A stretch of DNA of 64,000 nucleotides from a virus (Duplodnaviria; Caudoviricetes): IMG/VR virus record IMGVR_UViG_3300024259_000011, one strand, 5' to 3'. Below, one piece after another: positions 49,280 through 58,952 of this stretch. Positions within the stretch are counted from its first letter, which is position 1. Each line of letters starts with the position of its first letter. Below the pieces are notes generated by a model, which saw only the letters and a program-made list of their open reading frames with translations, had not been told where the DNA came from and did not search any database. A program made the position numbers and the translations under genes.

Positions 49280-50391
49280 TTTCTCCTGTAGAATTCTTTA
49301 ATTACATCGCAGACATATAAAATCTGCTTCTCTGTTAGCGCGGCAAAAGAGGGCAGGCACACGCCATGGTTACGGGCGTGTTCGGCAACCTCAAAATGCT
49401 TGCGGTTGTGGCGCTCGTCATCAGCCCAGATGTCAAAACAGGGCTGTAGATGGAGCGGGTGAAAAAAGGTTCTTGGCTCAACGCCATTCATAGACATAAA
49501 GCCCATCAAATGTTCGCTCGGATGGCTTCGGGTGCGCAAGATAACTCGGAACGGCACATACGGCTCTACCTTTTCAGCCGGAGACAAAAGCTCAACCTCT
49601 TCAACATCTGCTAGCGCTTCTTTATAAAGGCTGTAGTTTTTCTGCTTTTTCTCGATGATTTCGGGCAGCTTCTTTAGCTGAGCCAAACCGATTGCCGCTT
49701 GTACGTCATTCATCCGAAAGTTGTATCCGATTGCTGGGTGTTCAAAAGTGCCTCTATGGAGACGACCTTGGTTTCTCAGAAGAAGAAGTTTATTATAGAT
49801 CTCTTCGTCGTCTGTCGTTACAAAGCCGCCCTCGCAGGTGGTTAAAGTCTTGTCTGCAAAGAAAGAAAAGGATCCGGTGTCTCCAAAGCTTCCGCAGCCT
49901 TGACCGTCCCACTTAATACTTAGTGCCTGAGCAGCGTCTTCGATAACCATTAGGTTCCTTTCTTCTGCGTACTTCATGATCTCCGTCATGTTTGCTGCAA
50001 ATCCATAGATATGAACCGGCATAATTGCCTTAGTTTTGTCGGTGCGTACACGCTCGCAATCGTCAATGCGAAGTTGCAAGTCGTGACATCCAACGTCAAC
50101 AAATACGGGGCGGGCACCAACCATTTCGACGGCGTTTGCGGAGGCAATAAATGTGAAGTCTGGCACAATGACTTCATCGCCGGGACCGATACCCATCGCC
50201 CGTAAAGCGAGGTAAAGCGACAAAGTGCCATTTGGAGCGAAAACACCGTATTTACTTCCAATTATTTCAAGCAATTTCTCGCTAAACTCTGCTGCCTTCG
50301 GACCTTCTGTAATCCAGTTGTCTTCAAAGCAGCTTTTAATAGCTTCATATTCTTCCATGCCAATGTAAGGCATAAACTGTGGAACTCTCAT
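49276..50391 (-). CDS. DegT/DnrJ/EryC1/StrS PLP aminotransferase (perosamine-synthase-like)
   Basis: 'NGTLSL', 'GDEVIVPDFTFIASANAV', 'IEDAAQA', 'FSFFADKTLTTCEGG' (catalytic Lys), 'GYNFRM'. Confidence 0.93.
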   Translation of the reverse strand: MRVPQFMPYIGMEEYEAIKSCFEDNWITEGPKAAEFSEKLLEIIGSKYGVFAPNGTLSLYLALRAMGIGPGDEVIVPDFTFIASANAVEMVGARPVFVDVGCHDLQLRIDDCERVRTDKTKAIMPVHIYGFAANMTEIMKYAEERNLMVIEDAAQALSIKWDGQGCGSFGDTGSFSFFADKTLTTCEGGFVTTDDEEIYNKLLLLRNQGRLHRGTFEHPAIGYNFRMNDVQAAIGLAQLKKLPEIIEKKQKNYSLYKEALADVEEVELLSPAEKVEPYVPFRVILRTRSHPSEHLMGFMSMNGVEPRTFFHPLHLQPCFDIWADDERHNRKHFEVAEHARNHGVCLPSFAALTEKQILYVCDVIKEFYRRK

Positions 50392-50852
50392 GTACCGTAT
50401 TCCATCCTATAATTCGTGACATAATCACTGCATATTCCCAAACATCGGGATAAGTCTACTCTAGAGTATACCACGTTTTCTGGCATAACGCAAATGGTTT
50501 TCTCGTTTAATGTTTTTCCCGGGTATGCCCAAATCATGCCGGCAGAGGTTAATGTATAATCATCCTCTTGATGCCAGAACACGTTCCATCCTTTTTCGCG
50601 AGTAAAGTATGTGTATGTTTCTAAGTCTTTTGCGTGGATGAACAGATGCCCTCGGCGTTCTTCAAACCATTCAATAGGCAACTTGTGTTCGCCGTAGTCA
50701 TGACCCATGATAAACTGTCCGAGCATATTCCCCTTTCTAACGTCTATTTCGGCGTAGAAGCCTTCTGACAGGGCTTTGTCGATGTAGTCGGGGCTGTTCT
50801 CCAGTTCGGGCTTAGGACCGTCTGTGTTGCCTCTGTGGGCTATATACATCAT
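50388..50852 (-). CDS. PLC-like/GDPD-like phosphodiesterase-fold protein
   Basis: 'YIAHRGN...ENSP...EIDV...GHD...HAKD...WHQEDD...GICSD'. Confidence 0.7.
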   Translation of the reverse strand: MMYIAHRGNTDGPKPELENSPDYIDKALSEGFYAEIDVRKGNMLGQFIMGHDYGEHKLPIEWFEERRGHLFIHAKDLETYTYFTREKGWNVFWHQEDDYTLTSAGMIWAYPGKTLNEKTICVMPENVVYSRVDLSRCLGICSDYVTNYRMEYGT

Positions 50853-51586
50853 TGTTCAAGACCTCCGTGGAGGCGCCGAACAAGCTGGAAGTCTTCAATC
50901 TCCCAGAAGTGAAACTTGAACTTATCTAACATGTTTTCTTTTTCTATGTGATATGGGATAACGTCGTGGTTTGACATGCGGCAGTTCCCCACATAAATAT
51001 ATTCTGGTACTTTCCGGACCAAATCTATCGTACGGTCCATGGCTTCGGAGCCGCCAAACAACCAATATTCCAGCACGCCTTCTACGGGCATGCCTTTGCT
51101 GTTAAAGGTGTCAAAGACTGTATCCTTCTCATGGCGACCGCACCAGATAGAGTCACGGTCGAACTGGCTGAAATCCAAGGGCTTGAGCCACGCCACATCG
51201 AAACGAGATGTCATAACATAATCATATTTGAAGCCATGCTCTTTTTCGTAGTCGTCTTTAAGTCGTAGCACCTTTTCGTTAGAGTACCAACGACTCATGA
51301 TTGAATGAAAGTGCCGTGGCACATCAGAGTGTACCTTCTTATCAAATCTATTCGCCAATGAATCAAAGTCAATCTGTTTTTGAAGCATATATTTTTTAGG
51401 GTCATAAAACTCTACCAGTTCTTCTTCAGCTTCAGTGCTCCATGTGTGAAAGAACACATCGACTTCTTGACTTCCAAGGTTAATAATGTTGTCTTTGAAA
51501 TATGGGACTGCCAGTTGCCAGTCAACGGGGAGCCCTTTGTCATTCTTTCCGCCGGCAAGACCATTAAAACATAATGCAACTCTCAC
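50849..51586 (-). CDS. Putative glycosyltransferase-like protein
   Basis: 'RVALCFNG...VDVFFHTW...SRWYS...YDYVMTSRFD' is a pattern seen in glycan clusters of large viruses. GT-A-like RxD motif. Confidence 0.55.
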   Translation of the reverse strand: MRVALCFNGLAGGKNDKGLPVDWQLAVPYFKDNIINLGSQEVDVFFHTWSTEAEEELVEFYDPKKYMLQKQIDFDSLANRFDKKVHSDVPRHFHSIMSRWYSNEKVLRLKDDYEKEHGFKYDYVMTSRFDVAWLKPLDFSQFDRDSIWCGRHEKDTVFDTFNSKGMPVEGVLEYWLFGGSEAMDRTIDLVRKVPEYIYVGNCRMSNHDVIPYHIEKENMLDKFKFHFWEIEDFQLVRRLHGGLEQ

Positions 51587-52215
51587 TCTGCTCTCCTTGA
51601 AATATCAGCAACCAAGCCATAGTTAACATCGCGCCAGCTTTTGACTTCATGTACAGAGGCACCAGTGGCGCGTGCAGCTTCAAGCCCTACTATAGAGTCC
51701 TCAAAGATAATACATTCGTCAAGGTCACACCCGATACGCGCTAGCATCATCAAAGCACGGATGTACGGCTCGGGATGTGGCTTCGGATTGATGACATCAC
51801 TATTTGTAATAAGCACGTCGATGTATTTTGCAAAATCTAAGTGTTCCAATAACATACGGGTAGACTGACCATTAGCATTTGTTACAATGGCTATCTTCTT
51901 TTTCTGTTCTTTGAGGTACTTAAACATTTCTATCTTATCAAAGTAATGCTGAGGGTTTAGTTCTGCCATCAGTTCATTTGCAATCTGTTTCTTGTCTTCA
52001 TAAATCGGATATACCTGATCCATGGTGATGTAACCCTTGTCACAAAACTTGATAAGCTTAGCCTTAGTGGTGATTGTAGAGTTTACAATCTCCAAGTCAC
52101 TAGGGTGCCTAACATTAAAGTCGCGGCGCCCAAGCGCTCGTACAATCGAGCGAACCTGAATATCGGTAGTGTCAACGAGTACGCCATCAAAGTCAAAGAT
52201 AAAAGCCTTATACAT
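51583..52215 (-). CDS. HAD-family phosphatase
   Basis: 'FDFDGVLVDT' (motif I), 'VTN', 'PKPHP', 'FEDS..G'. Confidence 0.9.
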   Translation of the reverse strand: MYKAFIFDFDGVLVDTTDIQVRSIVRALGRRDFNVRHPSDLEIVNSTITTKAKLIKFCDKGYITMDQVYPIYEDKKQIANELMAELNPQHYFDKIEMFKYLKEQKKKIAIVTNANGQSTRMLLEHLDFAKYIDVLITNSDVINPKPHPEPYIRALMMLARIGCDLDECIIFEDSIVGLEAARATGASVHEVKSWRDVNYGLVADISRRAE

Positions 52216-52216
52216 G

Positions 52217-53605
52217 CTATTCCCTAGGGTGGTGCTGAAGATAGTGGTTTAGATCCTCGGGTGTTCCGAGACCCCACATTCTATCAATGTGGAAAACCTT
52301 AATCTTCTGGGCGTCCTCGCATGCCTGATTGTATACAGGGCAAACATAAAACTCGTTATTAGTACGAATATCTCGCTCAATCATTTGCTCAGTATACTTT
52401 ACATAATCAGAGCCCTTGCGGAAGTAATAAACTCCAGCCGTCGCAATATTGCTAATGGGATTCTTCTCTGCGACCTCTGTAACAAACCCATCGTCACCAA
52501 GCTTTGCGAAACTCCACTTGGGATGAGTCGCTTCAAAGGTAAGGATACCTCCGTCTACCTCATCTGCAACCATAGAATACATAAACTCGTTGCTGTCCCA
52601 CTCAAAAACCTGATCGGAGTTTGAGATGACCAGAGGCTCATCGTTATTGATAAACTCCTTTGCCAACAATGTAGTACACGCTGCACCTTCAGTAATGCCG
52701 TCCACCTGTACAATCACACATTCCGGTGAGATGAGGTTTAATAACTGTTGAAGATTATATTTCTCATAGTGCGACTTTTGCACGATGTAAATGTGACGAG
52801 CCTCGATGTTCAAGTTCTCCGTCACTAGTTGGATCATTGGTTTACCGTTGACATCGATAAGCGGCTTCGGGAAAGTATACCCTGCCTTTTCAAATCGACT
52901 TCCGGCACCCGCCATTGGAATTAATACGTTCATTTTGCCTCCTTGCCATGGTGTAATAATTTTTTGAGATTTAAAGTTATGTTCGATAGCACCCTTGACC
53001 TTCTCATAGGTCACGTCGTCAGGGTTACGCACCGCGCATAAAGAAGCACCTGAACTGAGTGCTGCCTTACGACCGATGTGTGAGTCCTCTACAATAAGAG
53101 TATACTTGGGTCCGATGCCAGCTTTGATCATGCACTTCAGATACATTTCTGGGCTGGGCTTTGGAGCCTTGACATCTTGGTTGGAATAAATAAACTCGAC
53201 ATACTCCAAGAGTCCCTTCTTGAGAAGCATCATCTTCACGGATTCTCTGATAGAGTTCGATGCGCAGCAGATTCTATATCCGTCATCGCGGAGTTGCTTG
53301 AGCACCCCACGCATGCGTGTGTCATACTCCATCTCCTCGGAGATGATCTTGTAAGTCATGTCCTGCTTGCGCTGCCACACAGTATTGTGTAGTTCCTTCG
53401 GCAAGCCCTTGTTCTTTGTGAGCATGTTCAGCTTCTTTGACGTGGGCAGCCCATCATATGTTGATAGGTGCTCAGCACGATTCACAATGTACTTTCCGTC
53501 CACTGATGCTAACGCTCTGTTTAAAGCCTCGTAGTGTAGCTCGCGAGCATCTACGAGGACGCCATCTAAATCGAAGATGACTAAGATTTCACTATTGTCT
53601 ACCAT
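52217..53605 (-). CDS. HAD phosphatase / sugar-phosphate nucleotidyltransferase fusion
   Basis: N-terminal 'FDLDGVLVD...PKPSP...EDS'. C-terminal 'LIPMAGAGSRF...PKPLI...EGAA...NSD...EK...GTPEDL'. Confidence 0.9.
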   Translation of the reverse strand: MVDNSEILVIFDLDGVLVDARELHYEALNRALASVDGKYIVNRAEHLSTYDGLPTSKKLNMLTKNKGLPKELHNTVWQRKQDMTYKIISEEMEYDTRMRGVLKQLRDDGYRICCASNSIRESVKMMLLKKGLLEYVEFIYSNQDVKAPKPSPEMYLKCMIKAGIGPKYTLIVEDSHIGRKAALSSGASLCAVRNPDDVTYEKVKGAIEHNFKSQKIITPWQGGKMNVLIPMAGAGSRFEKAGYTFPKPLIDVNGKPMIQLVTENLNIEARHIYIVQKSHYEKYNLQQLLNLISPECVIVQVDGITEGAACTTLLAKEFINNDEPLVISNSDQVFEWDSNEFMYSMVADEVDGGILTFEATHPKWSFAKLGDDGFVTEVAEKNPISNIATAGVYYFRKGSDYVKYTEQMIERDIRTNNEFYVCPVYNQACEDAQKIKVFHIDRMWGLGTPEDLNHYLQHHPRE

Positions 53606-54318
53606 TATTGTCTTCCTAAAAATATTTTCTCAAATCTATGAGTTTCTTGATAACCGGGATCATAGCAGTATCCCTGAACAGAAAGCTCTGACAAGTCATA
53701 GCCCTCCATATTTAAAACCATTCCCCACACACGCTCCATCGCTTCAGACTGGCGCTTGGTTGTGGGTCGAATCTTGTCGAACCCTGCAGCCTTGAGCTTA
53801 TCTAAGACAGTGCGCTTACACATGAGCATCGGTCCAAAGAGGGCGGCGAATCGATGACCCAACTCTGGCTTATAACTTGTCTTCGCCAGAAGCTGTGTGT
53901 TCGCCCAGTTGTATGTTTCATCATAAACAAATCCATTGTCTCCGGTTGGCACCTCTGCTGGTGTCCAGCCCACTCCATTCCACGAACGGAAGTAGCGCAA
54001 GGCGACAACATCTTCTTCTAGAAGATCCAAGAGCCCGTCCTTGATTAGCATAGAATCATGAAGAAAATAATAATAATCGTAATCAGGATAGTTCTCATAG
54101 GTGTGCCAAATATTTCCAGTTGTAAGGCTTTGGTTCCCAATGTCTTCAACCTTTGCGCCAAACTGTTTAACTGCTCCATAATATGATTTGTCCTCTGAGT
54201 TACTGTCTACGATATGAATGGGAGAATCCGGATGGTGCTCGCGAATGCTTTGAACGCACGGAAGCACGACCGGGTTCGCCGGGTCAAATCGACAGGTGAT
54301 TGAAAAAAGATGTTTCAT
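53605..54318 (-). CDS. Putative GT-A glycosyltransferase
   Basis: 'CVQSIREHHPDSPIHIVDSNS...YYFLHDS' and 'AMERVWG'. Located in the glycan cluster. Confidence 0.55.
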   Translation of the reverse strand: MKHLFSITCRFDPANPVVLPCVQSIREHHPDSPIHIVDSNSEDKSYYGAVKQFGAKVEDIGNQSLTTGNIWHTYENYPDYDYYYFLHDSMLIKDGLLDLLEEDVVALRYFRSWNGVGWTPAEVPTGDNGFVYDETYNWANTQLLAKTSYKPELGHRFAALFGPMLMCKRTVLDKLKAAGFDKIRPTTKRQSEAMERVWGMVLNMEGYDLSELSVQGYCYDPGYQETHRFEKIFLGRQ

Positions 54319-55226
54319 TTGAATCGTGGTGGGGCTGTAGATTGAATCAGGCGCTCATAGAGAAGCGTTGCTTTGTCAACACCTACAGACATTATCCTTG
54401 TGAGCTTCGGGCGATATCGGGAGCCATAGAATCCATCGTTCCGCCACACTCGCATAAGAACACTACCATCGCGGTCGCGATAAATACGCATTTGGTCAGG
54501 CATGCCAAGACCCCAGCCGCGAGAGTCGCGACCTAGGTTGTTGTCGTTGTCCCATACGTCGTTGACCAACAGTTCATAGCCGGCTCTGTTTGCCGTCAAG
54601 CCCCACAAGGATTGCTCGTTGAGTCCTTGCTCCATCATGGGGTTCTGAATAATGTCAGCGTCAAGAGATACGCGATAGATGTCTTCGATAACTTTCTGGT
54701 AAGGTCCGGCGGATTGCCAGCCCAAGACTGCAGCAAACACTTGAAACTTGCTGGCTTCTTCTTCGGTCAAGCCGATACCCTTGTGGTAGTTCTCACTGGT
54801 TCGCCAATCGTTTCTCCAACGTTGATCGGAAGAAAAGAACAGCCCGTCGCGGGCAATGACTTCAAAGACTTTTTCAACGTTAGTAAACGGAGCGATACCA
54901 GAGTCAATCCAAAGAATGTTCTTTCCATACTCCTGTGCATGATGGACGGCGCCGCACTTCCAAACGTGATTGCGGCTCTGACTCGTCTGCTCGTCAGTCA
55001 TACAGTCGGTGTAGCCCTCGTAAGGGTCTTCGGGGAACTCAACAACTTGAGTCTTTGGATATTCATTAAGGATTGCCTTCTCTTCATCCGTGAGTCCCAG
55101 ATTAAAAACAATAATCTGATCCACAACATCACCTGAAAAACATAAAATGTGCTCAATCATCGTACGACCCGAAGTGAAGTACTCGCCGGAGTTGTTGAAC
55201 GCTGTGGCGATAATATTATTATACAT
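54315..55226 (-). CDS. Putative nucleotide-diphospho-sugar transferase (DUF1647/GT77-like)
   Basis: 'IIVFNLGL...VWK...ILWIDSG...EQSL' is a GT-A pattern with a DxG/DxD site. Confidence 0.6.
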   Translation of the reverse strand: MYNNIIATAFNNSGEYFTSGRTMIEHILCFSGDVVDQIIVFNLGLTDEEKAILNEYPKTQVVEFPEDPYEGYTDCMTDEQTSQSRNHVWKCGAVHHAQEYGKNILWIDSGIAPFTNVEKVFEVIARDGLFFSSDQRWRNDWRTSENYHKGIGLTEEEASKFQVFAAVLGWQSAGPYQKVIEDIYRVSLDADIIQNPMMEQGLNEQSLWGLTANRAGYELLVNDVWDNDNNLGRDSRGWGLGMPDQMRIYRDRDGSVLMRVWRNDGFYGSRYRPKLTRIMSVGVDKATLLYERLIQSTAPPRFK

Positions 55227-55228
55227 CT

Positions 55229-55564
55229 CTATCCCTTATACGCTCTGATTGCAACGATCTTGCTATCGGAATTGAACTCAATGATGTCCACAACTAGGAA
55301 AGGGTCCATTCCTGTTATCATAATCTCGATTTCAGCCGAAATTGTAAGGTCATCTGTGTCAAAATGTAGCGCAATTGGGCGCACCACGATGGCTTCCACG
55401 TTCTCAAAAAGTGCCGCATTTGCCTTCAATACCGGATATTTGCCTACATACGTCCCTTCCCAGTCTCGTAAATAAATGTTATCGGCATACAACTCCCCTA
55501 AACGCTCTGTGTCTTTAGCCGAAAATGCGTCAAAATACGCTACTGCTGTTGAATATAAATCCAT
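55229..55564 (-). CDS. SnoaL/NTF2-like protein
   Basis: Start moved to the ATG at 55564 (AAGGAG RBS). 'YFDAFSAKD...LYAD...DW...G...VVDIIEF...KIVAIRAYKG'. Confidence 0.75.
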   Translation of the reverse strand: MDLYSTAVAYFDAFSAKDTERLGELYADNIYLRDWEGTYVGKYPVLKANAALFENVEAIVVRPIALHFDTDDLTISAEIEIMITGMDPFLVVDIIEFNSDSKIVAIRAYKG

Positions 55565-55574
55565 TTGTTTCTCC

Positions 55575-56465
55575 TTAATACCTTTGACCCGGGTGGACCT
55601 TGTATTCGTCCTCTCGGGGCTCTTCTCTGTTTGGTCCCACAATCGAGTGGAAAATGTGTACAACGAATGGACCGCCGATGTCAATAAACGGCACGCCTTG
55701 CACTCGTTGGGCAGCTTGGATTCCCCAAAAACTCAGGTTCCAAGTGCGGTCTGGGTTAGAACCCTGAAAATCAATCTCTGAGAAGGTCGTCCCATCCATA
55801 TAATGGCAGTTAAAGTCTGCTCTAACGGTGTGGGCTACAAACCTTACCCTAGGATCTGTAGGGTCTTCAAAGTCTCTACGCATGTCAGCAGCCAAGTCCT
55901 CTGGATCTTGATGCCAAATGTCTTTTAAAACCCGGAGGTCACCGTCGCCCAAAGAATCAGCGTAGTCGCTGCCAAAGTAATAAGTGATCTCATCTGATGG
56001 GACGAAGGCTCCTCGTTGGAGATATTGTAGAATTTCATCTTTTTGAATATATTCTTTTGCATTAGCGGTTGGTGGGGTAAAGATAAAGCGACTATCAGTA
56101 CTTATTGACGTGTCAATATCTCCCAAGCCCTTCATAAAGTTGGCAGAAACCCCATAATCTGACTTTAACATTAGTACTTTAGCAGGATTTGCCTCTTGAC
56201 AATGACTAGTTAAATAAAGCATGTCCTGCCCAAGAGTCTTTCCATCGCTCTTGGGCAGGATCTCAATCTTATCAAAATGGTGTCGAAGCCTATATTTATC
56301 GATCAGACCGAGAAGCTTGTTGTTCGGCAACTCCTGAGGGTGGGTATTGTAGATGTACATTACATCAAACTTATAATCCACGCTCTGGTTTGCCAAAGAG
56401 TTAAAACAAATGTCAGCATGCTCTTCGCCTAATGTGGCATGCGTGTTAAAGTAGCAGATTCTCAA
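55575..56465 (-). CDS. Putative glycosyltransferase-like protein
   Basis: TTG start overlapping the upstream TGA. 'LMLKSDY' DxD-like site and late 'VVHIFH'. Located in the glycan cluster. Confidence 0.45.
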   Translation of the reverse strand: MRICYFNTHATLGEEHADICFNSLANQSVDYKFDVMYIYNTHPQELPNNKLLGLIDKYRLRHHFDKIEILPKSDGKTLGQDMLYLTSHCQEANPAKVLMLKSDYGVSANFMKGLGDIDTSISTDSRFIFTPPTANAKEYIQKDEILQYLQRGAFVPSDEITYYFGSDYADSLGDGDLRVLKDIWHQDPEDLAADMRRDFEDPTDPRVRFVAHTVRADFNCHYMDGTTFSEIDFQGSNPDRTWNLSFWGIQAAQRVQGVPFIDIGGPFVVHIFHSIVGPNREEPREDEYKVHPGQRY

Positions 56466-57232
56466 AGTACTACCTCATAATATTGTCCCTTGGGTTTAAT
56501 AATCTTACAGTCTTGCATTTCCTCGATTGTTGCCTCGTCAAGAGGAAGCTGAAATGAGCTTCTTTCGGGGTGCAAGCGCGCACGAAGGTCTAAGATGTTC
56601 GGGCGCTTGCCGCCAGTCATCGCAACTCCGTCCATAATATGCATAACGTACTGCCGGTCAGTGGCAAGGATTTGATAGCCGTCATTTTTCGAGCGTTCGA
56701 TTCCCTTCACTTCGTACTCCCAACAGTCTTCTCCACGAATCAAGTATTTCATTAGATAATCCTTGTTCCAGATGTTAAAGCGCAGAGCCAGACGATAGCT
56801 GGCGTCTTGTGTTAACTCAATTATATCATACTCTCCGCGATTTTCAACTAAATTGTTGCTGCGCTGAGAGGGACCGGGGGTTAAATCGACTCGTCCAATC
56901 TTTGGATTGAGGCGATCTACCAAATCATTATAGATTGACATGTCAAGCGGCTTAAGAAAAAACTCATTCTCAAGCATATGCACAAAGTATTCGTCTTCGA
57001 TGCCTTTGAAATAATCAAGATGATCATCGGTCCAGTACTTCAGACCGCGTTGTTCGCCCAAAGAGACGAACTCATAGTTAGATGGAAGGTCGAACTGCGG
57101 ATGGTCAAACCCTACGATTACGACTTTCTGTTCTGGCGACCAAAACTTGTTTAATAGGAAGCTGAATGGTCGCAGGATATGCAGATAATCGTTAGATGTA
57201 AAGACGTATACATTTAAATCTTGTGTTGTCAT
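56462..57232 (-). CDS. Putative glycosyltransferase-like protein
   Basis: 'VYVFTSN.Y...FLLNKFW...YFVHMLENEFF...NIWNK.YL...WEYE'. Start placed at the ATG at 57232. Confidence 0.55.
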   Translation of the reverse strand: MTTQDLNVYVFTSNDYLHILRPFSFLLNKFWSPEQKVVIVGFDHPQFDLPSNYEFVSLGEQRGLKYWTDDHLDYFKGIEDEYFVHMLENEFFLKPLDMSIYNDLVDRLNPKIGRVDLTPGPSQRSNNLVENRGEYDIIELTQDASYRLALRFNIWNKDYLMKYLIRGEDCWEYEVKGIERSKNDGYQILATDRQYVMHIMDGVAMTGGKRPNILDLRARLHPERSSFQLPLDEATIEEMQDCKIIKPKGQYYEVVL

Positions 57233-57233
57233 G

Positions 57234-58052
57234 TCAGCCCCCTTGAATAAAGTATGTGACGATAGAGTTTTCGATAGGCTTGCCATGCCAGAAGGCTTTT
57301 AAACCATGGTGTTCACCCAAGCTGGCTAACGTATCTTTGCTGAAATAATATAAATGCTCTGCCGGCTTGATGTGTTTCCACTCTACGCCTTCGTTTTTAT
57401 AGTTCTCGCATTCAATATCATGAGTACCTACGACAAGCACACCCTTAGGGGATAGTCTCTTCACCATCTCAGCCATTAAAATGTCCGGGCGAGCAACGTG
57501 TTCAATAGTATTAAAGCACATGATGACATCAAACGTGCCATTGTCGTAATCCTCAATGTATCCCTGCTCTAGAGGGACAGCATACTTTTCGATGCCCTCA
57601 TCAACATCTTGTTGGTTGGGGTCGATCCCATGCGCTGAGAATCCTGCCTCTTGTGCCGCATCGACTAGGAAACCCATTGAGCAGCCAACATCGAGAAACC
57701 TGCCAGTCGGATTAAACCGCAAAGGCGGAGGCAGCAGGCGATAAAAGCTTTGAAGAAAGCCAATGCGTTCAACAGAAATCATTTCAAACTCTTCACAGCG
57801 CTCATCAATCCTGCGCTCACCGATGCTGGTTTGATACTCTCGCCAGTAGTCGCCCTCGTACTTGTCACTCCAGTGATCGTTGGGTTGTGGCGGGTGGGAT
57901 GCAATGAAACCACAGTTGGAGCATTGTTTAATATCAAGCTTTTGCTTGCCGCGCCGGGACGCAGGCAAGTCAGAAAACTTATGCACAATCTTACGACGTT
58001 TTCCGCCGCAAATCAAGCATCCGCTTTTTTCTGTTCTATCCTTCATTCGCAT
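57234..58052 (-). CDS. Class I SAM-dependent methyltransferase with N-terminal Zn ribbon (sugar methyltransferase-like)
   Basis: 'CLICGG...CSNCG', 'FLDVGCSMG', 'GIDP', 'FDVIMCFNTIEHV', 'HLYYFS'. Confidence 0.9.
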   Translation of the reverse strand: MRMKDRTEKSGCLICGGKRRKIVHKFSDLPASRRGKQKLDIKQCSNCGFIASHPPQPNDHWSDKYEGDYWREYQTSIGERRIDERCEEFEMISVERIGFLQSFYRLLPPPLRFNPTGRFLDVGCSMGFLVDAAQEAGFSAHGIDPNQQDVDEGIEKYAVPLEQGYIEDYDNGTFDVIMCFNTIEHVARPDILMAEMVKRLSPKGVLVVGTHDIECENYKNEGVEWKHIKPAEHLYYFSKDTLASLGEHHGLKAFWHGKPIENSIVTYFIQGG

Positions 58053-58950
58053 ACCATGTGTTTTTGCCGATAGTGATGGCTTCATAAATTGTATTCCATA
58101 GATTATACTTGTTGAGGATTAGCTCTCTCGCCTCAGTCATCGCCGGAATATGATCTTCAAAGTTGTCCTCTTCGAGAAGCTTAATAATCCGTTCTATTTC
58201 ATTATGATTTCGAGCATCGAACGGAATGTAAGAGCCCTCGGGAAAGAACTCATGAATGTTGGAGATTCCGGGTGCAACATTATAAATAGGCAAAGCCCAA
58301 GACAGTAATGTATCTGTGAATTGTGTTGCGAAATAATTTGGGTAAGTTCCATTGTCGAAAGCCAAGCAATAACGGTAGTCTTTAAGAGTATTATACTTGT
58401 CATCGTCTTTAATTTCAAGCACAAAATCAGTTAATTCTGGAAGTTTACTGATTCGTCCGTATAAATCAAACTTATCAGCGTGGCGCTTTTGTAGTTCTTT
58501 AACAAACTGTACGCGGGTATCCATGCCCGGTAGCCATGTCTTTTCAGAAACAGTGCAAGACATTCCTTTGTTCTTTTTCTGGGGCTGTAGCTTGAGCAGT
58601 TGATCATAAGTTTTTGTATACCCGGAGCGCTCGCAGTACCAGAAGCTAGAAAAGTAAGATTCACCGGTCAGGAAGGAGAACCGCCTGATACGTGGATCCA
58701 TTGGTCCCATACCTCGACCGACACCCCGGGGCTCACGACTAAAATAGAAAGTCTTGTTAGCATCCGGTGTCTGGTGATCTGTTGCTTCCAAGATAACGTA
58801 GTAGTCGGCATCGTTTATATCCGGCACTCCCTTCATATCTTTCCACACGCCAGAGTTCCCGGGCGTTTGCCGCTTGGCTCGCTCCAGCAGTTCATTCTGG
58901 CTCATGTTGTCCATGCCGCGTGAGGGCATAAAGTAAATCTTAAAACTCAT
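58036..58950 (-). CDS. Glycosyltransferase family 10-like protein (fucosyltransferase fold)
   Basis: 'FDLYG...KYNTLKDYRYCLAFDN...LPIY' matches the GT10 C-terminal motif, but the canonical TEK reads ATQ. Confidence 0.7.
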   Translation of the reverse strand: MSFKIYFMPSRGMDNMSQNELLERAKRQTPGNSGVWKDMKGVPDINDADYYVILEATDHQTPDANKTFYFSREPRGVGRGMGPMDPRIRRFSFLTGESYFSSFWYCERSGYTKTYDQLLKLQPQKKNKGMSCTVSEKTWLPGMDTRVQFVKELQKRHADKFDLYGRISKLPELTDFVLEIKDDDKYNTLKDYRYCLAFDNGTYPNYFATQFTDTLLSWALPIYNVAPGISNIHEFFPEGSYIPFDARNHNEIERIIKLLEEDNFEDHIPAMTEARELILNKYNLWNTIYEAITIGKNTWYANEG

Positions 58951-58952
58951 TG

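Noticed and set aside
55565-55684. 5' extension of the NTF2-like ORF
   Set aside because: It overlaps the upstream gene, and a strong RBS precedes the ATG at 55564.
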